64,000 nucleotides of DNA from NCBI GenBank assembly GCA_037478935.1, contig JBBFLR010000006.1, forward strand, positions 2,865 to 66,864. The letters are read 5' to 3'. Position 1 is the first letter of the stretch. The number at the start of each line of letters is the position of its first letter. This stretch comes from Candidatus Methanosuratincola sp. (GTDB lineage: Archaea; Thermoproteota; Methanomethylicia; Methanomethylicales; Methanomethylicaceae). Shown here one piece after another: positions 55,068-64,000 of this stretch. A model generated the notes under the pieces. That model had not been told where the DNA came from. It did no database searches and worked only from the letters and a program-made list of their open reading frames with translations. The translations under genes were made by a program, and so were the position numbers.

Positions 55068-55358
55068 GGCCCCAAAGCGCCTGCTGTAGAGCTCTAGCTC
55101 CGTATAGTCTCTCAAAAAATCTGCGCCCTTGGTCGTTATCCTGTATACTGGCTCGCCCCGAGTCACGTCTATCTTAACAAGCCCCTTGTGAAGAAGCATC
55201 TTCAACATTGCCTTTCTTCTCTTCAAGCCTGCCGCGGGCCATTTTGTGATGTCCCCTGCCTCGATCCCATAAGTCGAACTCTCCAATATGGCACAGAGTT
55301 CCTTAAAAAATGATTTTGATAGGGACAAATACTCTACCCCAAAACAGGTGACTTCCAC
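55050..55358 (-). CDS. Winged-helix protein (102 aa)
   Basis: MLKMLLHKGLVKIDVTRGEPVYRITTKGADFLRDY has a wHTH pattern. It is convergent with the previous gene and overlaps it by 18 nt. Confidence 0.5.
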   Translation of the reverse strand: MEVTCFGVEYLSLSKSFFKELCAILESSTYGIEAGDITKWPAAGLKRRKAMLKMLLHKGLVKIDVTRGEPVYRITTKGADFLRDYTELELYSRRFGALRLNV

Positions 55359-55497
55359 TTTTAAATACTGGGGACTGGTATAAAAGCATTTTTTTGAATA
55401 ATTGTTTTTGTGTTAAAATAAAAAACAATTATAGCGATTCCTGTTCATTACTTCAGTTCCAATGGGCGGGCTGAATTTGCAATTTTCATTTTTTTCA

Positions 55498-55606
55498 TGG
55501 CGCCGGGGAAGGGATTCGAACCCTTGCTCCCCCGAGAGGGAACCGGCTTGCCTGTCCCACGGATAAGATCTCGAGGCCGGCGCCTTAACCGCTCAGCCAC
55601 CCCGGC
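55498..55606 (-). tRNA. tRNA-Ser (CGA) with about 21-nt intron, CCA encoded
   Basis: The minus strand reads GCCGGGG-TGGCTGAGCGGTTAAGGCG-CCGGC-CTCGAG-[ATCTTATCCGTGGGACAGGCA]-A-GCCGG-TTCCCTCTCGGGGGAGC-AAGGGTTCGAATCCCTT-CCCCGGC-G-CCA. It is class II, with a long variable arm. Confidence 0.85.
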
Positions 55607-55626
55607 TCATTTTCCGATACACAAAG

Positions 55627-55698
55627 TTATTTCTAAATCTTTCTCTTTTCTTTCCCTGCCCCTGCCTTGCCTCGCTCCTTCCTTTCGTCTTATCTTTT
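55627..55698 (-). promoter_or_regulatory. tRNA-Ser promoter: TATA (TTTAGAAATAA on minus strand) preceded by a purine-rich tract
   Basis: The TATA ends 21 nt upstream of the tRNA 5' end. The plus-strand TTATTTCTAAATCTTTCTCTTTTCTTTCC nearly repeats 50219-50248. Confidence 0.55.
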
Positions 55699-55705
55699 AA
55701 CGAAA

Positions 55706-56614
55706 TCAGACCGGCATGAATATCGGTCTCTCATCGGTGGCGACTATGTCCCACCGCCTAGTCTTCTCGACGAGGTCTTTCGGGAGGGCAAAGAGCGCTT
55801 GGTAAGTCCTCTCGTCTAGGTACCTGAGGCTATTGAGCCCTTTCCCCGCTGCCGCCTCCTCAAACCTTCCGATCAGCCCGCGCGGGTCAGGCCCCCTCGT
55901 CCCATAAACGAACCCCCACGTAGAGTCGTACGAGGGGATCCAGGCGTGGTACCCGCCAGCCGCCTCAAACGCGCTCCCCACGGTCTTGAGTATCGTTGCA
56001 AAACAGAAGTCGCTATAATACGTAGAAGTAGACTGGGTGACCATAATCCCGCCCTTTTTCATGACCCCAATTAGCAGAGCATAGAACTCCTTCGTGTACA
56101 GCATCGCCCCGGGGCCGCCCTCGAGCGGGTCCGTCAAATCGACTATCACGACGTCGAACTTACTAGAACACCCCTCAACGTACTTTCTCCCGTCGGAGAT
56201 GACCACCTCGACCCTCGGATCTTCGAACGCCCCTCCTGAGAGCTCTGGCATGTGTTCCTTGGAGATCTCGATGACCCTCCGGTCGATATCCACCATCACC
56301 GCCCTCTCGACTGAAGGGTGCTTGAGCACTTCCCTCAACGTGCCCCCCTCCCCTCCGCCCAGTATCAGCACCTCCCTCGGCGAGCTGTGCGCGACCATGG
56401 CCGGGTGCACCAGTGCCTCGTGGTATATGTGCTCGTCCCTGACCGTCGACTGGACCTTCCCGTCGAGTAGGAGCATCCTTCCGTACTCCTCGCTCTCGAC
56501 GACGTCTATCTCCTGGAACCCGGTCCTCTCGCTGTGGATGATCCTGCGTATTCCGTGCATGTGGGCGCTTCCGTGGGTCTGGTACTCGATAAACCACTTC
56601 CAGGCGAGGCTCAA
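55706..56614 (-). CDS. speE: Spermidine synthase / polyamine aminopropyltransferase
   Basis: LLLDGKVQSTVRDEHIYHEALVHP, VLILGGGEGGTLREVLKH, VMVDID and DVVIVDLTDP. Confidence 0.9.
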   Translation of the reverse strand: MSLAWKWFIEYQTHGSAHMHGIRRIIHSERTGFQEIDVVESEEYGRMLLLDGKVQSTVRDEHIYHEALVHPAMVAHSSPREVLILGGGEGGTLREVLKHPSVERAVMVDIDRRVIEISKEHMPELSGGAFEDPRVEVVISDGRKYVEGCSSKFDVVIVDLTDPLEGGPGAMLYTKEFYALLIGVMKKGGIMVTQSTSTYYSDFCFATILKTVGSAFEAAGGYHAWIPSYDSTWGFVYGTRGPDPRGLIGRFEEAAAGKGLNSLRYLDERTYQALFALPKDLVEKTRRWDIVATDERPIFMPV

Positions 56615-56988
56615 TCTCCCATCTCCCCCGTGTTCAGGACCCCGCGCTTCATCTCGACGACCGTGTTGGACGCAGGCTTAAGCAGCTCAGCCATCCGTCT
56701 GAATACCTTCGTAGGATCCGTGCTCCTGCCGCAGGTGAAGACGTCAAGAGCGGCGTATCCGAGCTCGGGCCAGGTGTGTATCGAGACATGGGACTCGGCG
56801 ACCACGAGCACGCCCGTCACTCCCTGGGGTGAGAAGCGGTGGAATACCCTCCCGCATATGGTCAATCCGGACTCGATCGCCCCTCTCTCCATCGCCTCCT
56901 CAATCCCGTGGATGTCGTCGAGTGCCTTTGGGTCACAGCCGAAGAGCTCAAAAATGAAGTGTCTACCGAGTTCCTTCATCCCGATCAC
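56611..56988 (-). CDS. speH: S-adenosylmethionine decarboxylase proenzyme (pyruvoyl type)
   Basis: GVTGVLVVAESHVSIHTWPE (self-cleavage ES site) and DVFTCG. It overlaps speE by 4 nt. Confidence 0.88.
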   Translation of the reverse strand: MIGMKELGRHFIFELFGCDPKALDDIHGIEEAMERGAIESGLTICGRVFHRFSPQGVTGVLVVAESHVSIHTWPELGYAALDVFTCGRSTDPTKVFRRMAELLKPASNTVVEMKRGVLNTGEMGD

Positions 56989-57044
56989 CGGGTAGTCTTA
57001 TCGTTCAACAATCTCTTAAATTTCTTTTCCATTCGTTCGTCCAT

Positions 57045-58022
57045 TCAGACAGGAGAGCCGCTGACCAGCTCTGCAAGGTCAATCCCGTGTGCGCCGATCT
57101 GGTAGAAGTATATCGCGATCGAGTCCAGAAGCGCGGCTATTCTGGGCTGCTTTGTCATGAGCAGTTCGTTTACCGATAGCAGGGCCTTGCCGAGCTCTTT
57201 GCCCTCCTCGAGTACAGAGTCTGCTAGCGCGAGATCTTTCTTGAAGAGGGCACTCGCCGCCTTATCGTGTATCCTGTACGCCTGCCTGCTGAGTGATGCG
57301 AGCGCTTCCACCAGTTCGTTGTCGGCTCCGCCTCCCAACTTGGGGACCGACTGGGCAACCGCCCCAGCATAATCCGCAATCGTTTCCACATACTTGGCGG
57401 CCATCCTCATGTCGAGGCATTCTGAGGACCTGATCCCCAGCTTCTCAGCTACGGTCGGGCTTCTTATGGCGAGCCTGAGCTGCCTCACTATTAGGAAGTA
57501 GAGCCTGTCGACTTCATCGTCCCTCCTCTCCACAGAGGATGCCAGCTCCGAGTCTTGGCTCAACAGCGCCTCCTCGGCGTCCCTGTGCATGCTTGCCGCA
57601 AGCGAATACGCCCTCCTGATGGTGCTGAGCACGGGCATTGACGTAGGCTGCAGGAGGCACTGGATCGTGACCGTGTCTTTGTCTTCCTCGACAATCTCGA
57701 GCCCTATGAGCTTCCTAATGGCTCCCTTGATCTCCTCCCTAACCGCGGGGGTGAGCCTCTTCCCCAGCTCCACCACTATGGTATCGGCACCGAAAAGGTA
57801 GTTGGATCTGATCTGTCTCTCCAGACCCTCAGCCTGCCTGATGTATGCGGTTGACCCCTTCTCCAGCTCCCCGGTAGCGTCCGCACTGATTCTCAACTCC
57901 CCCTCCGAGATGGTGAGCTTCAGTACCGAACCCCCCTCCAACCCGTTTGACTTGACCCAATCCTTCGGGAGCGATATCAGGAAGGAGCCGCCCTTGCTCA
58001 TCTGCAACCTTCTGTACTCCAC
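57045..58022 (-). CDS. AbrB/SpoVT-domain + PhoU-domain regulator (phosphate uptake regulator-like)
   Basis: N-terminal SKGGSFLISLPKDWVKSNGLEGGSVLKL (AbrB swapped-hairpin), then two PhoU-like helical repeats (DDEVDRLYFLIVRQL...). Confidence 0.75.
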   Translation of the reverse strand: MEYRRLQMSKGGSFLISLPKDWVKSNGLEGGSVLKLTISEGELRISADATGELEKGSTAYIRQAEGLERQIRSNYLFGADTIVVELGKRLTPAVREEIKGAIRKLIGLEIVEEDKDTVTIQCLLQPTSMPVLSTIRRAYSLAASMHRDAEEALLSQDSELASSVERRDDEVDRLYFLIVRQLRLAIRSPTVAEKLGIRSSECLDMRMAAKYVETIADYAGAVAQSVPKLGGGADNELVEALASLSRQAYRIHDKAASALFKKDLALADSVLEEGKELGKALLSVNELLMTKQPRIAALLDSIAIYFYQIGAHGIDLAELVSGSPV

Positions 58023-58157
58023 ATGCCTCCCTCACAATCAACTCGAGCCCCAATCAATAAAACCTTTTCAACCGCCGGTCACGGGATACGAGTCCTACCC
58101 AGTTGAAGCGCGAATTAAAAAAAATTAAGAGCCCGCACGCATACATCCGAATAGGGG

Positions 58158-59780
58158 TTGAACTTGGCTGGAAACATGAGGGCTGCTGTAGAGATGGTGC
58201 TCAATTCAGGTTTCCAGCTGTCACCCGATGCCTTCGAATACCTTGCCTCGAAGGAGGATCCCGATCGCCTTGTCGAGCATGCTCTCAAGACCATTAAAGG
58301 ATCCGGATCGGCTCCACTTGTTTTGAATCGTACCCACTTTGAGGGGCTTGAAGGCTCCCTGCGAAGGGGCGATCCGCGACCGTGCGGGTGCAAAACAACA
58401 CCCGGGTCAGTTGGACCAGGTTCGACGATCAGTGCTGAGGCTGGGGGATCCCCTGAGCTTTTACGGGGGTCCCGGAAGCTGGCCGCCGAGCCGGTATCCG
58501 GATACGGCGGCATCCGCACCGCCGTCTCGCCCGTCTCGACCCTGCTTGGTGGCGATGAAGTGAAACTTATCTCAGGCCTGGAACGGGTGACGATAAGGGG
58601 CAAGGCGAGCGATTTTAGGGACTACTTCAGGGATCGGCTCGAGTCCCTCTCCTCGATTCTGCGTTCCAGGGCTGACGTAAGCGGCGCGACGACCGCCTCG
58701 CAGGTTCCTGACGGCCTCAGGTGGCATAAGGTCAAGTTCATCGGCATGGTCAACTCGAAGAGGGAGTTCAGGGACGGAACCGTGGTTGCCGAGCTGGAGG
58801 ACAAGGACGGTATTGTGAAAGTTACCTTCAGAGGCGACGCGGCTATAAAGAAGGCTGCCCGTCTCCTCGTCGACGAGGTGGTGTGCGTGTTTGGCGCCAC
58901 GAAGAACGGCAGTTCGGTAATCGCCGAGGACGTGATCTGGCCCGACATACCGTACAGGTCCAGATCCCCTGCCGCCCCTTCTGACCACCACTACGCGGTC
59001 CTAACCTCAGACGTTCACATCGGGAGCAAGACATTCCTGAGGGATGACTTCGAGAGGTTCCTTGGCTGGCTCAGGGGCGAGACCGACGAACCGAGGCTCA
59101 AGGAGATCGCGAGCAAGACAAAGTACCTCGTTATAGCCGGCGACCTCGTCGACGGTGTGGGCGTCTACCCCAACCAGGAGGAGGAGCTTGAAGTCGCAGA
59201 CCTTTTTGATCAGTACAGGATCGCGGCGGAGTACCTGTCCACACTGCCTGATCGGATCAGGATAATCATAATACCCGGGAACCACGACGCCTGCCGGCCA
59301 ACCCTGCCCACCCCCCCGATCTACAGCGACTACGCTGCGCCGCTCTACTCGATGGAGAACGTCCTCATGCTCGGAGACCCTTCTTTCGTGAATCTCAGCG
59401 GCGCGACCTTCCTCCTGACGCACGGGAGGAGCCTCGACGACGTGATCCCCTTCCTCCCAGACTGCAACTTCAGGGAACCGCAGAGGGCGATGGTCGAGCT
59501 CCTCAAGTCGAGGCACATCGCCCCGATCTACGGTGAGAAAACGCCTCTCGCCCCCGAGCCCAAGGACCGCCTTGTGATCGACCCCGTCCCTGACATATTC
59601 CACGCGGGGCACGTCCATGTAGAGGGGGTCGCCGAGTACAGGGGGGTCCTGGTGGTCAATTCGGGCACGTGGCAGTCGCAGACCAAGTACCAGCTTTCGG
59701 CTGGGATAGTGCCCAAGCCCTCCGTGGTGCCGGTCGTCGACCTCTCCACGATGAAGACCTATGAGCTCAATTTCAGCTAG
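58158..59780 (+). CDS. DNA polymerase II (PolD) small subunit DP1
   Basis: An OB-fold region, then calcineurin-like phosphoesterase motifs VLTSDVHIGS, AGDLVDGVG, IIIPGNHDA and GHVH. The start is the TTG at 58158 or the ATG at 58176. The TATA AATTAAAAAAAATTAAG lies at 58118-58135. Confidence 0.9.
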   Translation: MNLAGNMRAAVEMVLNSGFQLSPDAFEYLASKEDPDRLVEHALKTIKGSGSAPLVLNRTHFEGLEGSLRRGDPRPCGCKTTPGSVGPGSTISAEAGGSPELLRGSRKLAAEPVSGYGGIRTAVSPVSTLLGGDEVKLISGLERVTIRGKASDFRDYFRDRLESLSSILRSRADVSGATTASQVPDGLRWHKVKFIGMVNSKREFRDGTVVAELEDKDGIVKVTFRGDAAIKKAARLLVDEVVCVFGATKNGSSVIAEDVIWPDIPYRSRSPAAPSDHHYAVLTSDVHIGSKTFLRDDFERFLGWLRGETDEPRLKEIASKTKYLVIAGDLVDGVGVYPNQEEELEVADLFDQYRIAAEYLSTLPDRIRIIIIPGNHDACRPTLPTPPIYSDYAAPLYSMENVLMLGDPSFVNLSGATFLLTHGRSLDDVIPFLPDCNFREPQRAMVELLKSRHIAPIYGEKTPLAPEPKDRLVIDPVPDIFHAGHVHVEGVAEYRGVLVVNSGTWQSQTKYQLSAGIVPKPSVVPVVDLSTMKTYELNFS

Positions 59781-59823
59781 TCCCGCAGGCCCTGTCCAAA
59801 ACGTAAAGCCTGTTTATGTCCGC

Positions 59824-60429
59824 TCATGAAATTGCCTTGGAGAGCATGCAGCAGACCCTGAGTGGCTCCGGGGTCTTACCGAAGATTGAGAGGGATCTCA
59901 CCGCCATCGATGCAGCCTCCGGGTCTATCCCATAGCACCTCAAGAAGACTTCCCCTGCGCCTGCCACCTGAATCCTCAGCGGGCCGGTCGGTTTCATCAG
60001 AACTGCGAGTCTATCTCTCCAGTCCGCGAAATGCCTCCTCAAAGCGCCCTCAACGGCCTCTGCGTCCGGCTCATCCTCGAGCACGAATACAGAAGGCACC
60101 CCTGTCCTTTTCAAAATCTCTTCAGGATCGATCAGGTTGAATCCAGCGACCGGGACGCTCCTCGCAAAGAGGACCTCGACCTTCCATTTGTTGCCCAATA
60201 TGGCTTTGACGATCTTATCGGTCGCGTCCATCCCGTCGATCTCTACGTCTGCCACCGCGACCTTGATTGCCCTGATCCCTGATGCGGTTAGGAGCACTAA
60301 GGGGGTCGTGCCTTTCTTGAAGGGGTTGACCCTGCCCCCGCAGACAGAGATCGAGATAATGCCCAAATGGTACCCACCTTCGCCAAAGCCCTTCGAAAGC
60401 CCTGCAATTATGGATCGTCCATTTCCCAT
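59824..60429 (-). CDS. DUF99-family protein (endonuclease V-like fold, UPF0215)
   Basis: ...VADVEIDGMDATDKIVKAIL...VPVAGFNLID... resembles archaeal DUF99 proteins. The assignment is from memory. Confidence 0.5.
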   Translation of the reverse strand: MGNGRSIIAGLSKGFGEGGYHLGIISISVCGGRVNPFKKGTTPLVLLTASGIRAIKVAVADVEIDGMDATDKIVKAILGNKWKVEVLFARSVPVAGFNLIDPEEILKRTGVPSVFVLEDEPDAEAVEGALRRHFADWRDRLAVLMKPTGPLRIQVAGAGEVFLRCYGIDPEAASMAVRSLSIFGKTPEPLRVCCMLSKAIS

Positions 60430-60481
60430 AATCAGCCTTTCGGGGCTCGTCGCCCCTCAGCAGGTAATCATCTTCGGGAGT

Positions 60482-61684
60482 TCACCTGCCCACAAGCGGC
60501 CCTAGCCGTGCGTCATCCTGCAGCGCTTCCTTGAGGTTTTTGGCTGAGACGCTCAGGCTCACTACCTTGGTCCTCCCGTATCTCCCCTTGCTAACGACCT
60601 TTGCGTTCGCTATCCCCAGCATGTCGAGCTCGTTGATCAGGTCGCTGATCCTTCTCTGGGTGAGCGGTTCGAGCCCCAGGTTCTTGGCGACCGTGCAATA
60701 GAAGTCGTAGAGCTCCCCCGTGGAACGGCCCTTTGGACCCCCCTTGCCCAGAAGGTTGAGGCTCAGGATCAGGAGCTTCGAGTGGAAGGGCATCGTCCTG
60801 ATGACTTCGACGACCCTGTCCTTCTCAATCTCCCTCTGGGCCATCCTCACGTGCTCCTCGGTGACTTTGGCATCGCCGTTCCTCTCCGCTATCTCGCCTG
60901 AGATGCGGAGGAGATCCAGCGCCCTCCTGGCGTCGCCGTGCTCCTTCGCGGCCAGCGCTGCGCAGAGCTTGATCACGCTCCTCTCTATTGCATTCTTGTT
61001 GAACGCGAGCGCCGCCCTCCTGCTGAGTATGTCCTCGAGCTCCGAGGCGTCATACGGGGGGAAGACGAGCTCCTCCTCGCCGAGGCTGCTCCTAACCCTC
61101 GGGTCTAGGTACTCCATGAACTTGAGGTCGTTCGTTATTCCGACTATTGCGATTCTGGTCTTGCTCAGCCACTGGTTTATCCTCGTCAGGTCGTAGAGGG
61201 CCTGGTCTCCCGTCTTCTTTACGAGCGCGTCCACCTCGTCCAGTACCGCGAAGATCATCCTCTCTGACGAGTCGACAAGTTTCACGAACCTCCTGAGCAC
61301 CTCTGAGGTCGAGAGTCCTGTAAACGGGATCCTCTCACCTGCGGACTCACAAAGGTCGGCCAAGACCCTGTAGTTCGTGTCATCCTGCTTGCAATTTATG
61401 TATGCAATCCCCAGGCTGACCCCTATCTTCCTTCCCTCCTCCTCGACCTTCTTCAGAACATACTTTGTGACCGCCGTCTTTCCGGTCCCCGGGACTCCGT
61501 AGATGAATATGTTGGACGGTCTAGACCCCTTCAGAGATGGTGCGAGGATCTCCGCGAGCCTGATTATCTGCCCCTCCCTATGGGGCAGGTCGTTCGGAAT
61601 ATAGTCCGGCCTCATCATCTCTCTGTTGGCAAAGATCTTTGCGCTCAGCACTCTGCTGAAAAGGCTGTCCAGCGGGTCCGTCAT
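60482..61684 (-). CDS. cdc6: Orc1/Cdc6 replication initiator
   Basis: LPHREGQIIRLAEILAP, Walker A IYGVPGTGKTAV, Walker B AVLDEVD, and a C-terminal winged helix. The ATG at 61684 (MTDPLDSLF) is preferred over the ORF start at 61798. Confidence 0.92.
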   Translation of the reverse strand: MTDPLDSLFSRVLSAKIFANREMMRPDYIPNDLPHREGQIIRLAEILAPSLKGSRPSNIFIYGVPGTGKTAVTKYVLKKVEEEGRKIGVSLGIAYINCKQDDTNYRVLADLCESAGERIPFTGLSTSEVLRRFVKLVDSSERMIFAVLDEVDALVKKTGDQALYDLTRINQWLSKTRIAIVGITNDLKFMEYLDPRVRSSLGEEELVFPPYDASELEDILSRRAALAFNKNAIERSVIKLCAALAAKEHGDARRALDLLRISGEIAERNGDAKVTEEHVRMAQREIEKDRVVEVIRTMPFHSKLLILSLNLLGKGGPKGRSTGELYDFYCTVAKNLGLEPLTQRRISDLINELDMLGIANAKVVSKGRYGRTKVVSLSVSAKNLKEALQDDARLGPLVGR

Positions 61685-62028
61685 GGTGGTCTCTCCAGGG
61701 GATGCATTTGAATTAGTGGATCCAATAGAAATATAAGCTCTTTTCAAGCCCCTCAGATGAAACAAAAGCGCCTTTTGATGTGGCGCCCGCTCCCCCATGA
61801 CGTACTAGGTTGTGTCCTCTTGACGTTTTGATTTAAATTTTGCGCACAGTCAGGCTCTTTTTTTGCATCAATCAAGTTCGGTCAGCCGCACTGCAAGCCC
61901 GTTAGGGTAGGATCTTTACGGATCGGTGAGCCTCCGGCGCCGGATACGGGTACGGGTAACAACAACGACAGGGTTTTAAATAGTCCGGGATGATACCCGT
62001 GATCATATCCATCTGAGGTGGCGGGAGC

Positions 62029-63177
62029 GTGTCTGCATTGATCTCTCAGGTTTGGCGCGTCAACGTTGCCACAATGCTCTTCTTCACCATGATCCAGGTG
62101 GTCGTCCCGCTCATTCCGAGGTACGCACTCACCATCTCCGCGTCGCCTTTCCTGATCGGTCTAGCAGTCTCCTCGATTTCGTTCACTGCGATCTTCCTCC
62201 GACCGGTATCCGGTTTCCTGAGCGACGCGTGGTTGAGGTCTAGGCTGATGCTGCTGGGGCTTGCCTTAGGCTCCGCCGCCTACCTCGTCCTCTTCATTTC
62301 TACCGATATCTACCAGGTATTGATCGGGCGGCTCCTCGAGGGGGCGGGGGTTGCCCTATTCGTTCCCTCATCGATGGCGAGCGCGGTGGACCAGGCTCCA
62401 GAGGGTAAGGTGGGGGAGACCCTGGGGTGGAGGAGCCTGATGATCGGCCTCGGCTTCACTATAGGCCCCGCCCTTGGTGGCCTCCTCGCCGAGACCTTCG
62501 GCTACACCGCGACATTCGGTATAACCGCACTGCTGATCCTATTACTCGTCCCTCTAGTGCTCTACAGGGAGCCAAGAAAGGAGAAGGTCTCGCTCTCCGT
62601 CTCAATCAGGGGCCTTTCTGAGAGGCACTTCGTCGTCGCTTTCATCAGCCTAGTAGTGTACGCGGTTGCATGGATGGGCTTGCTTACCTTCCTCTCGGCT
62701 TACCTTAAGATTATTGGGTACGGCGACCTCCAGATCGGGCTCTTCGTCAGCATCCAGGCGATCTCGAGCCTCGCCCTGAGGATACTTGCAGGGAAGGCTG
62801 CCGACAAGAACCCTGCTCTGATGACCTACCTTGGACTCCTCCTGATCTCGTCCGCATTTTTCCTCATTGCGCTGAATCAGGAACCGATTTATCTCTACAT
62901 CGATGCGCTGATCTTCGGTCTTGGGATAGGAGTCTTCGTTCCTGGGTCTCAGACGCTTGCGCTCAGTCATGCGCACGCCGGCAGTAGGGGGTTTCTCTCG
63001 AGCATATACACTATGGGGATGGACATAGGGAACATGCTGGGACCGCTGATATTCGGGGCTGTGGTCCAGGCTTCCGGTAGCTACCAAGAATCCTTCATGA
63101 TTGCGCCCGTGCTCACCTTCATCGCAGCGCTGGTGGTGCTCGTTCCGGAACGGTTCGGGAGGCTTAAGAAAAATTAG
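62029..63177 (+). CDS. MFS transporter
   Basis: 382 aa with about 12 TM segments and an MFS loop motif (LSDAWLRSRLML). GTG start. Confidence 0.8.
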   Translation: MSALISQVWRVNVATMLFFTMIQVVVPLIPRYALTISASPFLIGLAVSSISFTAIFLRPVSGFLSDAWLRSRLMLLGLALGSAAYLVLFISTDIYQVLIGRLLEGAGVALFVPSSMASAVDQAPEGKVGETLGWRSLMIGLGFTIGPALGGLLAETFGYTATFGITALLILLLVPLVLYREPRKEKVSLSVSIRGLSERHFVVAFISLVVYAVAWMGLLTFLSAYLKIIGYGDLQIGLFVSIQAISSLALRILAGKAADKNPALMTYLGLLLISSAFFLIALNQEPIYLYIDALIFGLGIGVFVPGSQTLALSHAHAGSRGFLSSIYTMGMDIGNMLGPLIFGAVVQASGSYQESFMIAPVLTFIAALVVLVPERFGRLKKN

Positions 63178-63215
63178 ATTTATACCTGTTGCGCCCATGA
63201 TCAACAGGGTTCCAG

Positions 63216-64000
63216 ATGTTGATCCTCCGTTATGAAAAGGGGACGGTACTATCCGGCAACGTCCGTGTCCCGCACTCGAGTTGGGACTCTGCCGCGAAAT
63301 CTTACCGGAGCCTCGCAATCCGATACCTGGAGATCATCAGATACTTACAGGAGAGCGGAATCAAGTTCCAGGACAGGGTCATGGATCCTCCGCCCCACGC
63401 CGACTTCAGGACCGAGATCGTCCCTAGGAACTACCAGGTCGAGGCGCTCGACGCCTGGCTGGAGGCGGGGATGCGCGGTGTAGTGGTCCTTCCCACAGGA
63501 TCGGGAAAGACTGTCCTTGGAGTGCTGGCCATCCAAGAGGCAAACTGCCCTGCGATAGTAGTGGTGCCAACCATCGATCTCATGGACCAGTGGAGGGCAA
63601 GGCTCTCTAACGCGTTCCGCACAGAGGTGGGTGCGTACGGCGGGGGCGAGTCTGTCCTAAAGCCGCTGACCGTTGCAACATACGACACTGCGTATCTAAG
63701 AGCCGAGGAACTCGGCAACAGGTTCCCGCTGATCATATTCGACGAGGTCCACCACCTCGCTTCGCCAGGGTACTCCCAGATAGCCGAGCTCTATGCGTCC
63801 CCTTATAGGATGGGGCTTACGGCGACCTACGAGAGGGAGGACGGCCTCCACAGCAGGCTTCCCGACCTGGTCGGTCAGAAGATCTACGAGAGGAGGGTCT
63901 CGGACATGGCTGGGGTTCACCTCGCCAACTTCCGCATCGAGCGAGTCCAAGTCGATCTACCGCCGACCGAGGCTGAGGAGTACATAAGGGCGATGAGTAT
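63216..64000 (+). CDS. xpb: XPB/Rad25-type SF2 DNA helicase, 3' end outside window (not in ORF track because no stop is reached)
   Basis: Hand translation from the ATG at 63216 gives MLILRYEKGTVLSGNVRVPHSSWD... (damage-recognition-domain-like). This is followed by PRNYQVEALDAWLEAGMRGVVVLPTGSGKT (motif I), IIFDEVHHL (motif II) and GLTATYERED (motif III). Confidence 0.85.
   Translation, partial: MLILRYEKGTVLSGNVRVPHSSWDSAAKSYRSLAIRYLEIIRYLQESGIKFQDRVMDPPPHADFRTEIVPRNYQVEALDAWLEAGMRGVVVLPTGSGKTVLGVLAIQEANCPAIVVVPTIDLMDQWRARLSNAFRTEVGAYGGGESVLKPLTVATYDTAYLRAEELGNRFPLIIFDEVHHLASPGYSQIAELYASPYRMGLTATYEREDGLHSRLPDLVGQKIYERRVSDMAGVHLANFRIERVQVDLPPTEAEEYIRAMS

Noticed and set aside
62650-63318. 222-aa minus-strand ORF
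   Set aside because: It is antisense to the MFS transporter and to the xpb start. Its composition is R/H/E/P-rich and non-protein-like.
1-64000. CRISPR arrays, IS elements/transposases, integrases, toxin-antitoxin or known defence systems
   Set aside because: No regularly spaced direct repeats were seen, and none of the translated ORFs showed transposase, integrase, Cas or defence-family motifs.

Overview
This is an archaeal chromosome segment, GC-rich and almost entirely coding. The gene content (PolD small subunit, Orc1/Cdc6, PriS/PriL, PCNA, GINS, TFS, RpoF/RpoL, aIF2-alpha, aIF5A, SRP54, AglB, class I LysRS, Pus10, Dph2, Nop10, archaeal-type CoA genes, intron-containing tRNAs) together with a heliorhodopsin suggests an uncultured Thermoplasmatota-like archaeon. 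That lineage call is inference only. About 80% of the window is conserved housekeeping synteny: a CoA cluster (coaBC, pantoate kinase, phosphopantothenate synthetase); argG-argH; topA; ileS; aglB; the replication/translation cluster PCNA-PriL-PriS-GINS-L44e-S27e-aIF2alpha-Nop10; the Dph2, METTL5-like, Csl4, RpoL block; the L10e, HemK-like, KsgA, DUF655, RpoF, L21e, Pus10, TrmY, SRP54, aIF5A block; speH-speE; and the DP1, DUF99, Cdc6 region. The accessory-looking part is a visibly lower-GC stretch at about 33.8-38.2 kb. It holds a heliorhodopsin gene, two small genes of unknown function, and a convergent two-gene operon of unknown function. The large gene of that operon is interrupted by a frameshift at a G5 run and ends in an Ada-like zinc module. 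A corrinoid protein plus UroD-family methyltransferase pair follows. Other oddities are a CPBP protease gene interrupted by one in-frame TGA, two class-II tRNAs (Leu, Ser) with anticodon-region introns, and a shared TATA plus polypurine promoter module. There are also unlisted small ORFs: Nop10, a 24-aa peptide coupled to a solute symporter, and a 69-aa zinc-finger ORF coupled to topA. An AT-rich islet with two convergent winged-helix genes lies beside tRNA-Ser. I saw no CRISPR array, transposase, integrase or recognisable defence system. The heliorhodopsin neighbourhood is the best candidate for undescribed biology, but no functional link between its genes is demonstrated by sequence alone.
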